Positions 1-10,823 of a stretch of 64,000 nt of DNA are shown one piece after another (position 1 is the first letter of the stretch; each line of letters begins with the position of its first letter). This DNA comes from Octopus bimaculoides. Lineage: Eukaryota. The stretch is from assembly GCF_001194135.2 (NCBI RefSeq), contig NC_068997.1, positions 11,907,824 through 11,971,823 on the forward strand, given 5' to 3'. The position numbers and the translations under genes are program-made. The notes under the pieces are model-generated. The model had not been told where the DNA came from and ran no database searches. It saw only the letters and a program-made list of their open reading frames with translations.

Positions 1-298
1 CTGAATATTACTCATCAGCTCCCTCCTTTATCATTCCAAACTATGGTCCTCTGCTGAAGAATTTAGCATTAGAATAGAGATAGTTTTAACTGACAGTGCA
101 TTTTTAAGTTGCTGCCAACCCATATTCGTCGAAACAATCAGCATGAAGTACCATAAAAAATAAAATATGATATTATGGGTGGCTGGTTCGCACATTTCGC
201 TAAAGTAACACGATAATATTTGAAGTCAGTTTAAGCTAATTAAAAAATGCTCTCGCACTCCAATTACAAAATTTTTAATTAATTTCAGTTATAATCTT

Positions 299-575
299 TT
301 AATGAAGATTATTAATTTTATCCAGATATTGAATCTCATCCATTTTCTTTTTTTTCCCGTAATTAAACGCCAGAGAACGGTTAAGGTATCCAATACAATG
401 CTGCCAGAAGGTGACAAATTTTCGGAATGTTTTCGCAAAAAGTATCAGATAATATGGAGATAGCGAATACACCGGAGACGCGGTGGCAGCGGTGGTGACA
501 CCAAGGATTGGTGGGACCAGGACCAAGGAGTGGTGGTGGTGGCGGCGATGGTACTCATGGTGATGTTTATCACTG
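299..575 (-). CDS. Candidate exon 2 (terminal) of a small His-rich protein, unknown function
   Basis: The minus-strand acceptor reads tttcctttattaaatttgtag|cag| (tandem NAGNAG at 575/572). The frame is open from 575 to TAA at 299, in frame with track ORF 299..526: (N)SDKHHHEYHRRHHHHSLVLVPPILGVTTAATASPVYSLSPYY... The 5' half is GC-rich against an AT-rich background. No homolog recognised. Confidence 0.35.
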
Positions 576-2073
576 CTACAAATTTAATAAAGGAAATCTA
601 ATTCAACCCGCTTTATCTGTTTTCCTTTCATTTTCAATTAGATCGGATCTAGCTTTGCTTTAGCCAACGACTGAAACGAGATGTGGCTGCTATATCCAGA
701 TACTCATACAGCGAGGTAGATTAGTTGACTCGTTTGAAGTAAGTATGATTCCTATGTGGTCGGTAAACATCATCATGACATTGATGATTTTCTGAGATCT
801 ATATAGTTTTTACTCGCGCCAACTTGAATCCGTATATGTGCAGAAATGTACAACAACGTATGAACAAATTTTTGTTTCAGGGTATTTTTTATATGAAGAG
901 ATGATCGGAAGCATTTTGTTGCTATTTGTAGCAGACTAAACCATGTCGAGTACAAGAAATTATTTTGAAATGAAACGGTGCATTTGCATTCACATAATGA
1001 GCGTGCAGCTAGAATAGTATATGTATATATATATATATATNNNNNNNNNNNNNNNNNNNNNNNNNNNNNNNNNNNNNNNNNNNNNNNNNNNNNNNNNNNN
1101 NNNNNNNNNNNNNNNNNNNNNNNNNNNNNNNNNNNNNNNNNNNNNNNNNNNNNNNNNNNNNNNNNNNNNNNNNNNNNNNNNNNNNNNNNNNNNNNNNNNN
1201 NNNNNNNNNNNNNNNNNNNNNNNNNNNNNNNNNNNNNNNNNNNNNNNNNNNNNNNNNNNNNNNNNNNNNNNNNNNNNNNNNNNNNNNNNNNNNNNNNNNN
1301 NNNNNNNNNNNNNNNNNNNNNNNNNNNNNNNNNNNNNNNNNNNNNNNNNNNNNNNNNNNNNNNNNNNNNNNNNNNNNNNNNNNNNNNNNNNNNNNNNNNN
1401 NNNNNNNNNNNNNNNNNNNNNNNNNNNNNNNNNNNNNNNNNNNNNNNNNNNNTATATATATATATAAATATATATAAGGATGTGAGTTTGCGTGCGTATG
1501 TGTGTGAATGTGTGTTTGCGCGTGTGTGTGCATGTGTGTTTGCGCGTGTGTGTGCATGCATGCAGTAGGACGAATAGGTCATGCTAAGCACATGAGAAAC
1601 TAAAGACTTGTGTCACATTGATATCTCGATAAACCTAATCATAGTCAAGTGCCTTAGCATTTTACAATTTGTTTGTTCTAGTGTTTCATTGATTTTATAG
1701 CAGTTCCGAAGCAGGAACCTTCAATTTCCCGTTTCTCTTTTGATGACAACTACCTTTACAGTAGAATTTTCACTTCAGTGATTTTATGCGGATCATGGAA
1801 CAAAGAAAGTCAATTATTTTATGTATATCAATATCTAGAAATCTGGATTGTTTCCTCTCGCATGGACTGCTTGTTTATGTTAGATTTCTTACGTGATGAT
1901 AGATATATTTGCTATAGCTTAGCCCTTGGTTAGGTCTGAATAAAAAGAACTATGATCAAAGATTTTCCAACGATGAATAAATAATGAATTCTGAGCAATA
2001 TTATTCTCTGACATTTCACATTAACACGTGTATTAAATATGTCTATCCGTAGGGTAATATTTTTGCTACTAAC

Positions 2074-2206
2074 TGTCTTTACGTTCTGAGTTCAAATTCC
2101 GCCGAGGTCGACTTTCTCTTTCATCCTTTCGGGGTCGATAAATTAAGTACCATTTGCGTTCTGGGGTCGATCTAATCGAATCGCTTCCTCCCAAAATATT
2201 TCGAGC
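2074..2206 (+). mobile_element. tRNA-derived SINE family A, 5'-truncated
   Basis: B-box-like GAGTTCAAATTCC followed by gccgaggtcgacttt..tttcatcctttcggggtcgataaattaagtacc..ctggggtcgatctaatcga; shared with about 10 other loci in the window. Confidence 0.85.
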
Positions 2207-2785
2207 TACAGTAGGGTAAAAAATGTTGCTACTACTCCTGGAGGTCAAGTCACAGCAGTAAATTCTACCTTGTACTTTCGTGTGTGCAGCCCCCGACACC
2301 TCTGAGTACAATTGTGACTGCGTTACTTAACGTCTGTGATGTATGTGATATAACCGCTAACACATCGCTTTGTGACATCATATGGGAGTTGTTGATCCCT
2401 ATATTTTAGTTGTTTCCTAGATCTGGTAGAACTATATGCTGATTTTGTTAACCATTATAGAATATTTTCACGAATTAAAAACTTGTTTAGTTAGTTACAA
2501 AACTGTTCAGACTGAAAAAAGCATGCATGACAGGACAATCGGTGTCCAAATTTCTTTTAGGTGCCAATGTTCAAACTAAATTTTTGTAGATGTTATAGAC
2601 CATTGTTAATCATGTATGAAACTAAAATGCATTCTAGTTACAAAAATTGTATTTAGATAAGACTGATGATGAAAATTTATAATCTGTTGTCGGCTTTGTT
2701 TACGATTTGATCCGAGAGTGACCTTATACGTATTGCTCTAATAATACCGTTTCTAAACATTTCTACCGCATCTGATGTAACTCAC

Positions 2786-2994
2786 TTAGCAAACATCATA
2801 TCATTAATGGCAATGATTATGGCTACTACAGCCAGAATAAGTAGTAAATCAGAATAAACAACGTGACTGCAAACGCCATGTTGGTAACTAGATGTTTGGA
2901 TTTTATCGCTCTCGGCACATGTCCTCCGATTGACACCCAAACACTGACATGTTCGTATTGGAACTTCTTGTGCGTATACCAAGCAGTACAGCAT
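2786..2994 (-). CDS. Candidate exon 1 with a hydrophobic C-terminal segment (LLLILAVVAIIIAINDMMFA)
   Basis: Track ORF 2782..2994 ends exactly at a consensus donor, GCT AA|gtgagt (intron starts at 2785). Its phase 2 matches the open frame of the 575-299 exon. Confidence 0.35.
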
Positions 2995-3021
2995 GTCGCT
3001 TCCAAATTTCTGACAGACTGG

Positions 3022-3117
3022 ATTGCGTCATGGTGCTGTGTTTCTCACAGACGGTGTCCAACTGACTCTACTATGCAGTGTAGTCAACAAAATCAAGAAT
3101 AAACACTGCGCATGCGA
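3022..3117 (-). promoter_or_regulatory. Promoter-like region: NRF1-type site and C/EBP-ATF composite site
   Basis: TGCGCATGCG at 3107-3116 (NRF1 consensus TGCGCATGCGCA). ATTGCGTCA at 3022-3030 (TGACGCAAT on minus). The region is locally CpG-rich and immediately upstream of candidate exon 1. Confidence 0.4.
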
Positions 3118-3616
3118 GAAATAAAAAATAGAATGGGGACAATTTAAGCAACGCACATTGTGCATATGTATGTATATATGTGTGTGTGTGTGTGCGTGCG
3201 GGGGGAGCGGTGTATGGATGTATGTATGTGTGTTCGTATGTCTTTCTGTATATATGTATGCATGTATGTATGTATTTATGTATGCATGCATCAATTCACT
3301 TGGCTGGTTGGATTATTTCCACATACATAAATGTTTCGCGGGTTATAGAATTTTCAATATAAAATAATTGACGGAGAATAATTCAGGATCCTACATCAAG
3401 TATACTAACCCTTGCCAAACACTTCAGATGAAAGGTAATTGTCCGGTTTAACATCACAATATGGAGTAGATTTCATGCATTCGTAAAAGTTTGCCAGTTT
3501 ACAAAATAACTCAAAATCCATATCTGTATTTATCTGTTCCTTTTCCCCTTACGGTCCCTATCTCTCTTTCTGTTCCGCTGTGCCTCACTGTGTCCCAATA
3601 CGTCTCCCTACTATAT

Positions 3617-3650
<34 letters not shown>

Positions 3651-3763
3651 CACACACACACACATATATATATATATACAGAGAGAGAGTAGGAGGGAGA
3701 CGTATTGTGTATATATGTATGTATGTATATATATATATATGTATGTATATATATATATGTATG

Positions 3764-3812
<49 letters not shown>

Positions 3813-4084
3813 ATNNNNNNNNNNNNNNNNNNNNNNNNNNNNNNNNNNNNNNNNNNNNNNNNNNNNNNNNNNNNNNNNNNNNNNNNNTATATATATATAT
3901 ATATATATATACATACACACATTTATATATAGAGAGAGAGAGAATATTGATAAAATGCACTGCATTCTTTATTGTAAGATACACGCGTTTCGGTAAATTG
4001 CCGTCATGAATACATAATTGCTATTCAAACATTAGAGTGCCGAACTTCGGTTAACTGTCGCGTTTCACGGAGAATATATGCCGT

Positions 4085-4130
<46 letters not shown>

Positions 4131-4921
4131 GTGTGTGAGTGAGTTTTTGTGTGAGTGTGCGTCTATACAATATGTATGTGGTGAAAACATATGCTTTAGA
4201 GATGAATTCGATGTTCCATTTAATAATTTTGTTCTTCCCATTAAGTTTTTCAAAAGGTTGCTAGTTCCGTTATGTTTTAACGGATAATATATTCTTATAT
4301 ATTTTATGCATCCTTTCATCACGTAGGCACATTATTCGAAAATAGGTGATATATGCGTATACACAGATATACCTATATATTGAAATATATTACATCCACA
4401 TTTATAGTTCTATTAATATATGAATGCTTCACTGGTTTCGAAAGCACAAATATGTATGTATATATATCATCATCAGTAGTTCATATAACCGAAAGAAATA
4501 AGCACATTCTAAAACCTTTGACCAGCAACTTATCGTTTTGGGGAAGTTAAATGCTATGACCAGTCATAGAGTGACCATGGGTTTCACACCTATAAAGCGC
4601 TTAATAGTCACACGAGTCCGAAAATGGTTTGAGAAAATTCAGACCAATAACAGCCTTTGCTCACGTGTATATGTGTGGGGCAAAGTGACAGAGGCGCTAG
4701 AGCGTTGTAAAAAATCTGACTTCTGCTAGAACGTATGAGATTTTATGATCTGTGTTCATGTCCATTTGAGATCAAATACGTCTTTAAGCTTGCTCATAAA
4801 GTAAAATACCGGTGAATAATCGAGATCTATATAGATTAGTGTCTCTTCATATTTTAGGTCTCGCATATATATTTGAAACAATTTTTATGTATGAATATAT
4901 ATACACAAACTCACACACAAT

Positions 4922-4924
4922 TAG

Positions 4925-4983
<59 letters not shown>
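4922..4983. repeat. (GATA)n-(GA)n compound microsatellite
   Basis: Direct reading. Confidence 0.95.
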
Positions 4984-4987
<4 letters not shown>

Positions 4988-5439
4988 GTGAGGAATATAG
5001 ATACTTGAAATACCTCGCGATATAATTCTTGATTTATTAATATTATCCAGCAGCTCTGCCTTCTCTTCTCCATTTAACATTTCTATTTCTTACATTTCTT
5101 TATGCATATGGATGGTCCTGATTACAAAAACTTAAGTAATTAACGGTCATGTAAAGGAATGCAGGAGAAACGTAGTGAGAGTGATTTTTTTTTATTAGTT
5201 TCCTAATCAAATGTGCGAGTTAAATGTTGCATATAAATAGACATAACTTTAGCTATCTTGTACATATTTATTTTTTTTATTATGTTTTGTTCTTGTTTAG
5301 TATCTTTGCGTTTATTTTGGGCACTCTGTCTACTAGTTTAATTAGATTTATTGTTCTCTTGTTAAATAAATGCCACAGTTTCACGAATTAATATCATGTG
5401 ATACATCTATATACACATATGCATACTCAACTATACTTA

Positions 5440-5470
<31 letters not shown>

Positions 5471-6375
5471 NNNNNNNNNNNNNNNNNNNNNNNNNNNNNN
5501 NNNNNNNNNNNNNNNNNNNNNNNNNNNNNNNNNNNNNNNNNNNNNNNNNNNNNNNNNNNNNNNNNNNNNNNNNNNNNNNNNNNNNNNNNNNNNNNNNNNN
5601 NNNNNNNNNNNNNNNNNNNNNNNNNNNNNNNNNNNNNNNNNNNNNNNNNNNNNNNNNNNNNNNNNNNNNNNNNNNNNNNNNNNNNNNNNNNNNNNNNNNN
5701 NNNNNNNNNNNNNNNNNNNNNNNNNNNNNNNNNNNNNNNNNNNNNNNNNNNNNNNNNNNNNNNNNNNNNNNNNNNNNNNNNNNNNNNNNNNNNNNNNNNN
5801 NNNNNNNNNNNNNNNNNNNNNNNNNNNNNNNNNNNNNNNNNNNNNNNNNNNNNNNNNNNNNNNNNNNNNNNNNNNNNNNNNNNNNNNNNNNNNNNNNNNN
5901 NNNNNNNNNNNNNNNNNNNNNNNNNNNNNNNNNNNNNNNNNNNNNNNNNNNNNNNNNNNNNNNNNNNNNNNNNNNNNNNNNNNNNNNNNNNNNNNNNNNN
6001 NNNNNNNNNNNNNNNNNNNNNNNNNNNNNNNNNNNNNNNNNNNNNNNNNNNNNNNNNNNNNNNNNNNNNNNNNNNNNNNNNNNNNNNNNNNNNNNNNNNN
6101 NNNNNNNNNNNNNNNNNNNNNNNNNNNNNNNNNNNNNNNNNNNNNNNNNNNNNNNNNNNNNNNNNNNNNNNNNNNNNNNNNNNNNNNNNNNNNNNNNNNN
6201 NNNNNNNNNNNNNNNNNNNNNNNNNNNNNNNNNNNNNNNNNNNNNNNNNNNNNNNNNNNNNNNNNNNNNNNNNNNNNNNNNNNNNNNNNNNNNNNNNNNN
6301 NNNNNNNNNNNNNNNNNNNNNNNNNNNNNNNNNNNNNNNNNNNNNNNNNNNNNNNNNNNNNNNNNNNNNNNNNNN

Positions 6376-6376
<1 letters not shown>

Positions 6377-6421
<45 letters not shown>
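6377..6421. repeat. (AAT)n microsatellite
   Basis: Direct reading; abuts a gap. Confidence 0.95.
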
Positions 6422-6900
6422 GTGAGAGACTCGCTTCTAATGGTAGATTAGTTTGGATTTTCCTCTGAATGAGTTTTCTATTAGCAGTTAAGCCTGCAGT
6501 CAAAATGTCGACTGAACTCAATTATAGTCAATAATGCGCATATGCATTTAATTATTCCGGTTTCCATTTCATTAAGCATACTCTAAATGAAATTGTAATG
6601 CCACAATATTAAGGTTTGAATTGTTTCTTTTCTTTTCTTCTTCTACTTCTCCCTATACGTTTGCTTTCTAGTGAAGGCAATATAATTGTAATTACCGCAA
6701 ACAAGAGGTGTGGGCCAAACATTAATGATACTGTTGAAGATCGTATGCATTACAATCAATGAAATGATGATTCTTCATGCTTTGCAAGTAATTAGACTAC
6801 TGGGGGCTTTTATTGTCTTGTTGCGTTTCTTCGGACATGCATTTAATATCTAGAATAATATTTCCCCGCTGACAATCACGTTATGTAACGTTGTTTACTC

Positions 6901-7105
6901 TCTCTTTTACTCTTTTACTTGTTTCAGTTATTTGAGTGCGGCCATACTGGGGCACTGCCTTAAGTCGAACAAATCGACCCCAGGACTTATTCTTTGTAAG
7001 CCTAGTACTTATTCTATCGTTCTCTTTGGCCGAATTGCTAAGTTACGGAGACGTAAACACACCAGCATCGGTTGTCAAGCGATGTTGGGGGGGGGGGCAA
7101 ACACA

Positions 7106-7141
<36 letters not shown>

Positions 7142-7313
7142 CATACACAAATATACAACGGGATTCTTTCAGTTTCCGTCTACCAAATCGTCTCACAAGG
7201 CTATGGTCGGCCCGAGGCTATAGCAGAATATACTTGCTCAAAGTGCCACGCAGTGGGACTGAACCCGGAACCATGTGGTTGGTAAGGAAGCTACTTACCA
7301 CACAGCCACTCCT
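6901..7313 (-). mobile_element. tRNA-derived SINE family B, near full length with internal (TA)n
   Basis: On minus: A-box-like ggagtggctgtgtggtaagtagc, B-box-like ccgggttcagtcccactgcgtggcac, internal microsatellite, and 3' tail aaacaagtaaaagagtaaaagag. Confidence 0.9.
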
Positions 7314-7384
7314 AGGAAGAAGTCTTCTATTTTATAGTTTCAAATTTTATAATCCTCATCAGTTTCGTTATCTTTTATCTTTTA

Positions 7385-7806
7385 GTTTCTCCAATCATTG
7401 AAGTACGGCTATGCTGGAATAATGCCTTCAAGGACCTTTTATGGACGAATCAAACCCAGTACTTATTTTTTAAAAACCTGCTACTTATTCTATCAGTGTC
7501 TTTTACCGAACCGCTTGACTACAGGTACGTAAACACACCAACATCGCTTGTCAAGTGCCTGTGGGGGACAGACACAGAGGGTTTGACACATACAAATACA
7601 CACATGTGTGTGTGTGCTTGTGTGTATGTGTGTGTGTGTGTGTGTGTGTGTACGACCGGCTTTGTTTCAGTTTTTGTCTACCAAAATCGCTCACAAGACT
7701 TTCGTTTTCCCAGGCTGTAGTAATAAACAATGTCCCAAAGTGACATGCAGTGGAACTGAACTCAGAAACATGTGATTGGGAATGAACTTCTTACCGCACC
7801 GCCACG
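7385..7806 (-). mobile_element. SINE family B, older diverged copy
   Basis: Colinear with 6901-7313 (acttattctatc, gtaaacacaccaacatcg, (TG)n, gcagtggaactgaactc). Confidence 0.8.
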
Positions 7807-7977
7807 CATATACAATTTATTAGAATGTACATTTTCCTCTCTCTCACCCTCCCTTTGTCTCTCTCACCTTCTAATACTTATTGTAATTTTTTACCACAGC
7901 AAGACCATAGAAGATATCTCAGGATAAGTATTGTAGTAACTGCCATGTCAACAGTGTCTATACATGAAGTATATTTT

Positions 7978-7980
<3 letters not shown>

Positions 7981-8044
<64 letters not shown>
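7981..8044. repeat. (GATA)n microsatellite
   Basis: Direct reading. Confidence 0.95.
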
Positions 8045-8045
<1 letters not shown>

Positions 8046-8769
8046 ATGTATGTGTAATTATGTATATGTGTATATAAGGCAGGGGAGAGAGAAAATATTA
8101 CAGTCAAGGCGCAAATAAAATATATATCTAGATGCATATATCAGTTTATGATATGGACAAAGAGCTCAATCAGAAATGGATTTAGTTACAGAGAGAAACT
8201 TCTCTCAAGACGGAAATAAAATACTTCTCAATTTACATATCAATTTATGATATGGATAAAGTAAAAAAAAATTATTATATTGCATATATGTATGTATCCG
8301 TGTCTGTATCCTTGTGCGTGTGCGCGCGTGTGTGTCTGCGTTTATGTGCATGTGCGCGTGTGCGTATGTGTGTAGCATATTGTGTATTGTATATTGTATT
8401 GTATTTCATAAAAATAAATGTTATACAAAACATTCTGATTCCAAACTAATGTGTCAAATTACTATTTTAACTGGAGATATGTTTTTAAAATTTTAAAAAC
8501 CTCCCAACACATAAAGAATATAAATATTTTACTGATAAATATTACAAAAGTAGACCTATGGTATAGATATATTATGGACGTAAAATTTCTCAGAGATAAT
8601 ACTCAACATTTTTCCCTTCAAGATCTTTACTTACATGGTCTACTAGATGCTATACCAATGAGTCAATGGGCTTTATGCTACTGCTTGAACTATTTCTAAA
8701 TACTTGGGAATTTTAATAATATCAGCATATAAAACACCACTTTAATATTTCATGATTATCTTATGCGAA

Positions 8770-8980
8770 AAAGTGGCAAAATTGTTAGCGTTCCGGACAA
8801 AATGATCAGCAGCATTTCGTCCGTCTTTACATTCTGCATTGAAATTCCGCTGGGGAAACTTCCCCTTTCATCTTTTCGATGTTGAGAAAATAAATACCAA
8901 TTGAGCACTGGGGTCGATGTAATCGATTTAATCTCTCCCCTGAAATTGCAGGCCTTGTGCCAAAATTTGAAAGCAATAAT
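8770..8980 (+). mobile_element. SINE family A, diverged
   Basis: tggcaaaattgttagc..gaaattccgc..ctttcatc..ctggggtcgatgtaatcga..ggccttgtgccaaaatttgaaa. Confidence 0.75.
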
Positions 8981-10289
8981 ATGGAAAAATTAGGATAATT
9001 GAATCCTTGTGAGTGAAAGGTATTAGATTGAAATAATAAGCATCTAGAAGGAAAGAGTGTATAGCAATTAATGTATATATATTCAAAGCTAAACAAAAAT
9101 ATTATACTAAACAAAATATTTCACGGCCAGAAATTTTTATCAAAAATTTTATTGAAATGAGAGTGACGGAGAGGGAGAGGTGCAATGGGCTTCCTCACTT
9201 GATGTGTCATGTGCTTATATTTACATGAGTTATGACATTCGAGTGAATACCTCTTTCGAATTTAGGGCAAAAATATTTTTGCTTGATATTTCACGCTACA
9301 AATTTCCCGATATTATCTGAAGCTATTCACTTTATATTCGCTCATGGTAATTGGGTTCGTTGCAGTGTATTACTAAATTATATAACTCGCATCGATGTCT
9401 TTAAAACTTTTCTTAATACCTAGAACAAAATATCTGCGTTAGAAAATACATTTTCAAATATAATCCCCACCACTAAAAAAAAAACTTGTACACGGATATT
9501 AAAAAGGTTTCTGTGCATTTAATTTTCTTGTTTTATAACTATAAAACCAAAGCAAATATCATTAGAGAAGCAAACTGCCATGTGTAGCTGAAAAAACTCG
9601 TGCAAGCTACTTATTTACCATAGGACATTCAACATTTTTAACTCAATTTCAATTTTTATTGCACTTAGCTGTCAACTCGTATATCTTCATTATTTTTTTT
9701 TAATATTATTACAGCAGAAACGAATGCTACGAACAGATATTTATGCAAGACGTTTTGCGCGATAATATGTAAGAAACTGGAATTTTACTGTCGTTACTGT
9801 GTGCAAAGAAATCAGAGAATAGTCATAATTTTATTTGTATTAAGAAAGGAAAATGAGCCCCAAAATATCAAATTTTATATTCCTACTAAACATAGAACTT
9901 CAGTCCAAAATCCCATGTATAAATATATTTAGTTAAAAGAAAAACTGCTTCAAGAAAAGTTATTTCAAATATCATTTCTATCAAAAATCCTAACACGATA
10001 TTGAATGAAGAACTTCCAAATCAATTAACGAGTCAATACCTCTCTGCCACAGATCGAACATTATGGGGGTAATATAGCATCAAGTGCATTTTATTGGCTG
10101 CAAATAATTCAATAACTACATAATTTTATATAATACCAAGAAAATTTAGCTGCTAACAGAAATCCAAACTATGAGATTGATATCCTGTGTACAGTGAAAT
10201 AGTAAATGAAAAAGCCAATTATTTGTACCACCCGAAAGACATATTTGATCTTTGATCATGGAACTACCAAACGCATATACTTTTCAATC

Positions 10290-10520
10290 TGCTGCTTCCT
10301 TCATTTCTCGGCGAATCGGAAAGTACTAATATCCTAGATTTGGGATATTCTTCATTTCTATATTTTCTTATATCTCTCTCACACCTTATATGGAAACCTT
10401 CCTGAATATCATGTTCTACATGTGTGGCCCTTCTACAAACAGCCGTGAGGAAGTTTATCATTTTCTCATACCTACTCTGCATTCTGCCCATATTCACTAT
10501 TCCAATTAAACGAATTTCGA
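10290..10520 (-). mobile_element. Decayed RTE-like LINE C-terminal fragment
   Basis: EGFHIRCERDIRKY resembles the RTE motif FH.RCLR.I; short match only. Confidence 0.3.
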
Positions 10521-10745
10521 ACGATGCCAAATCTTCTGCATTTTAACTTTCTATTTTAATTCATGTATATATATATAATACACACACACGCACACACATA
10601 CACACAAACACATATATATATGTATGTTCACACGCTAGCATCGGTTGGGAATAATAAGTGCTCAATTCTGCAATGGTTGATAGATATGCTTTAGTTGAGC
10701 ATTGAAAAGGGAACTAATTGCTCCACATGAATGTGTGCAGATAAT

Positions 10746-10823
<78 letters not shown>
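10746..10823. repeat. (GATA)n microsatellite
   Basis: Direct reading. Confidence 0.95.

Noticed and set aside
299-575. Suckerin, reflectin or ZIP zinc-transporter identity for the His-rich ORF
   Set aside because: It lacks GGY modules, reflectin M/FD motifs and ZIP transmembrane motifs; left unnamed.
642-738. Plus-strand exon candidate (tag|...|gtaagt) with an RLKRDVAA dibasic motif
   Set aside because: All frames from the strong acceptor are closed, and the sequence resembles a dispersed repeat.
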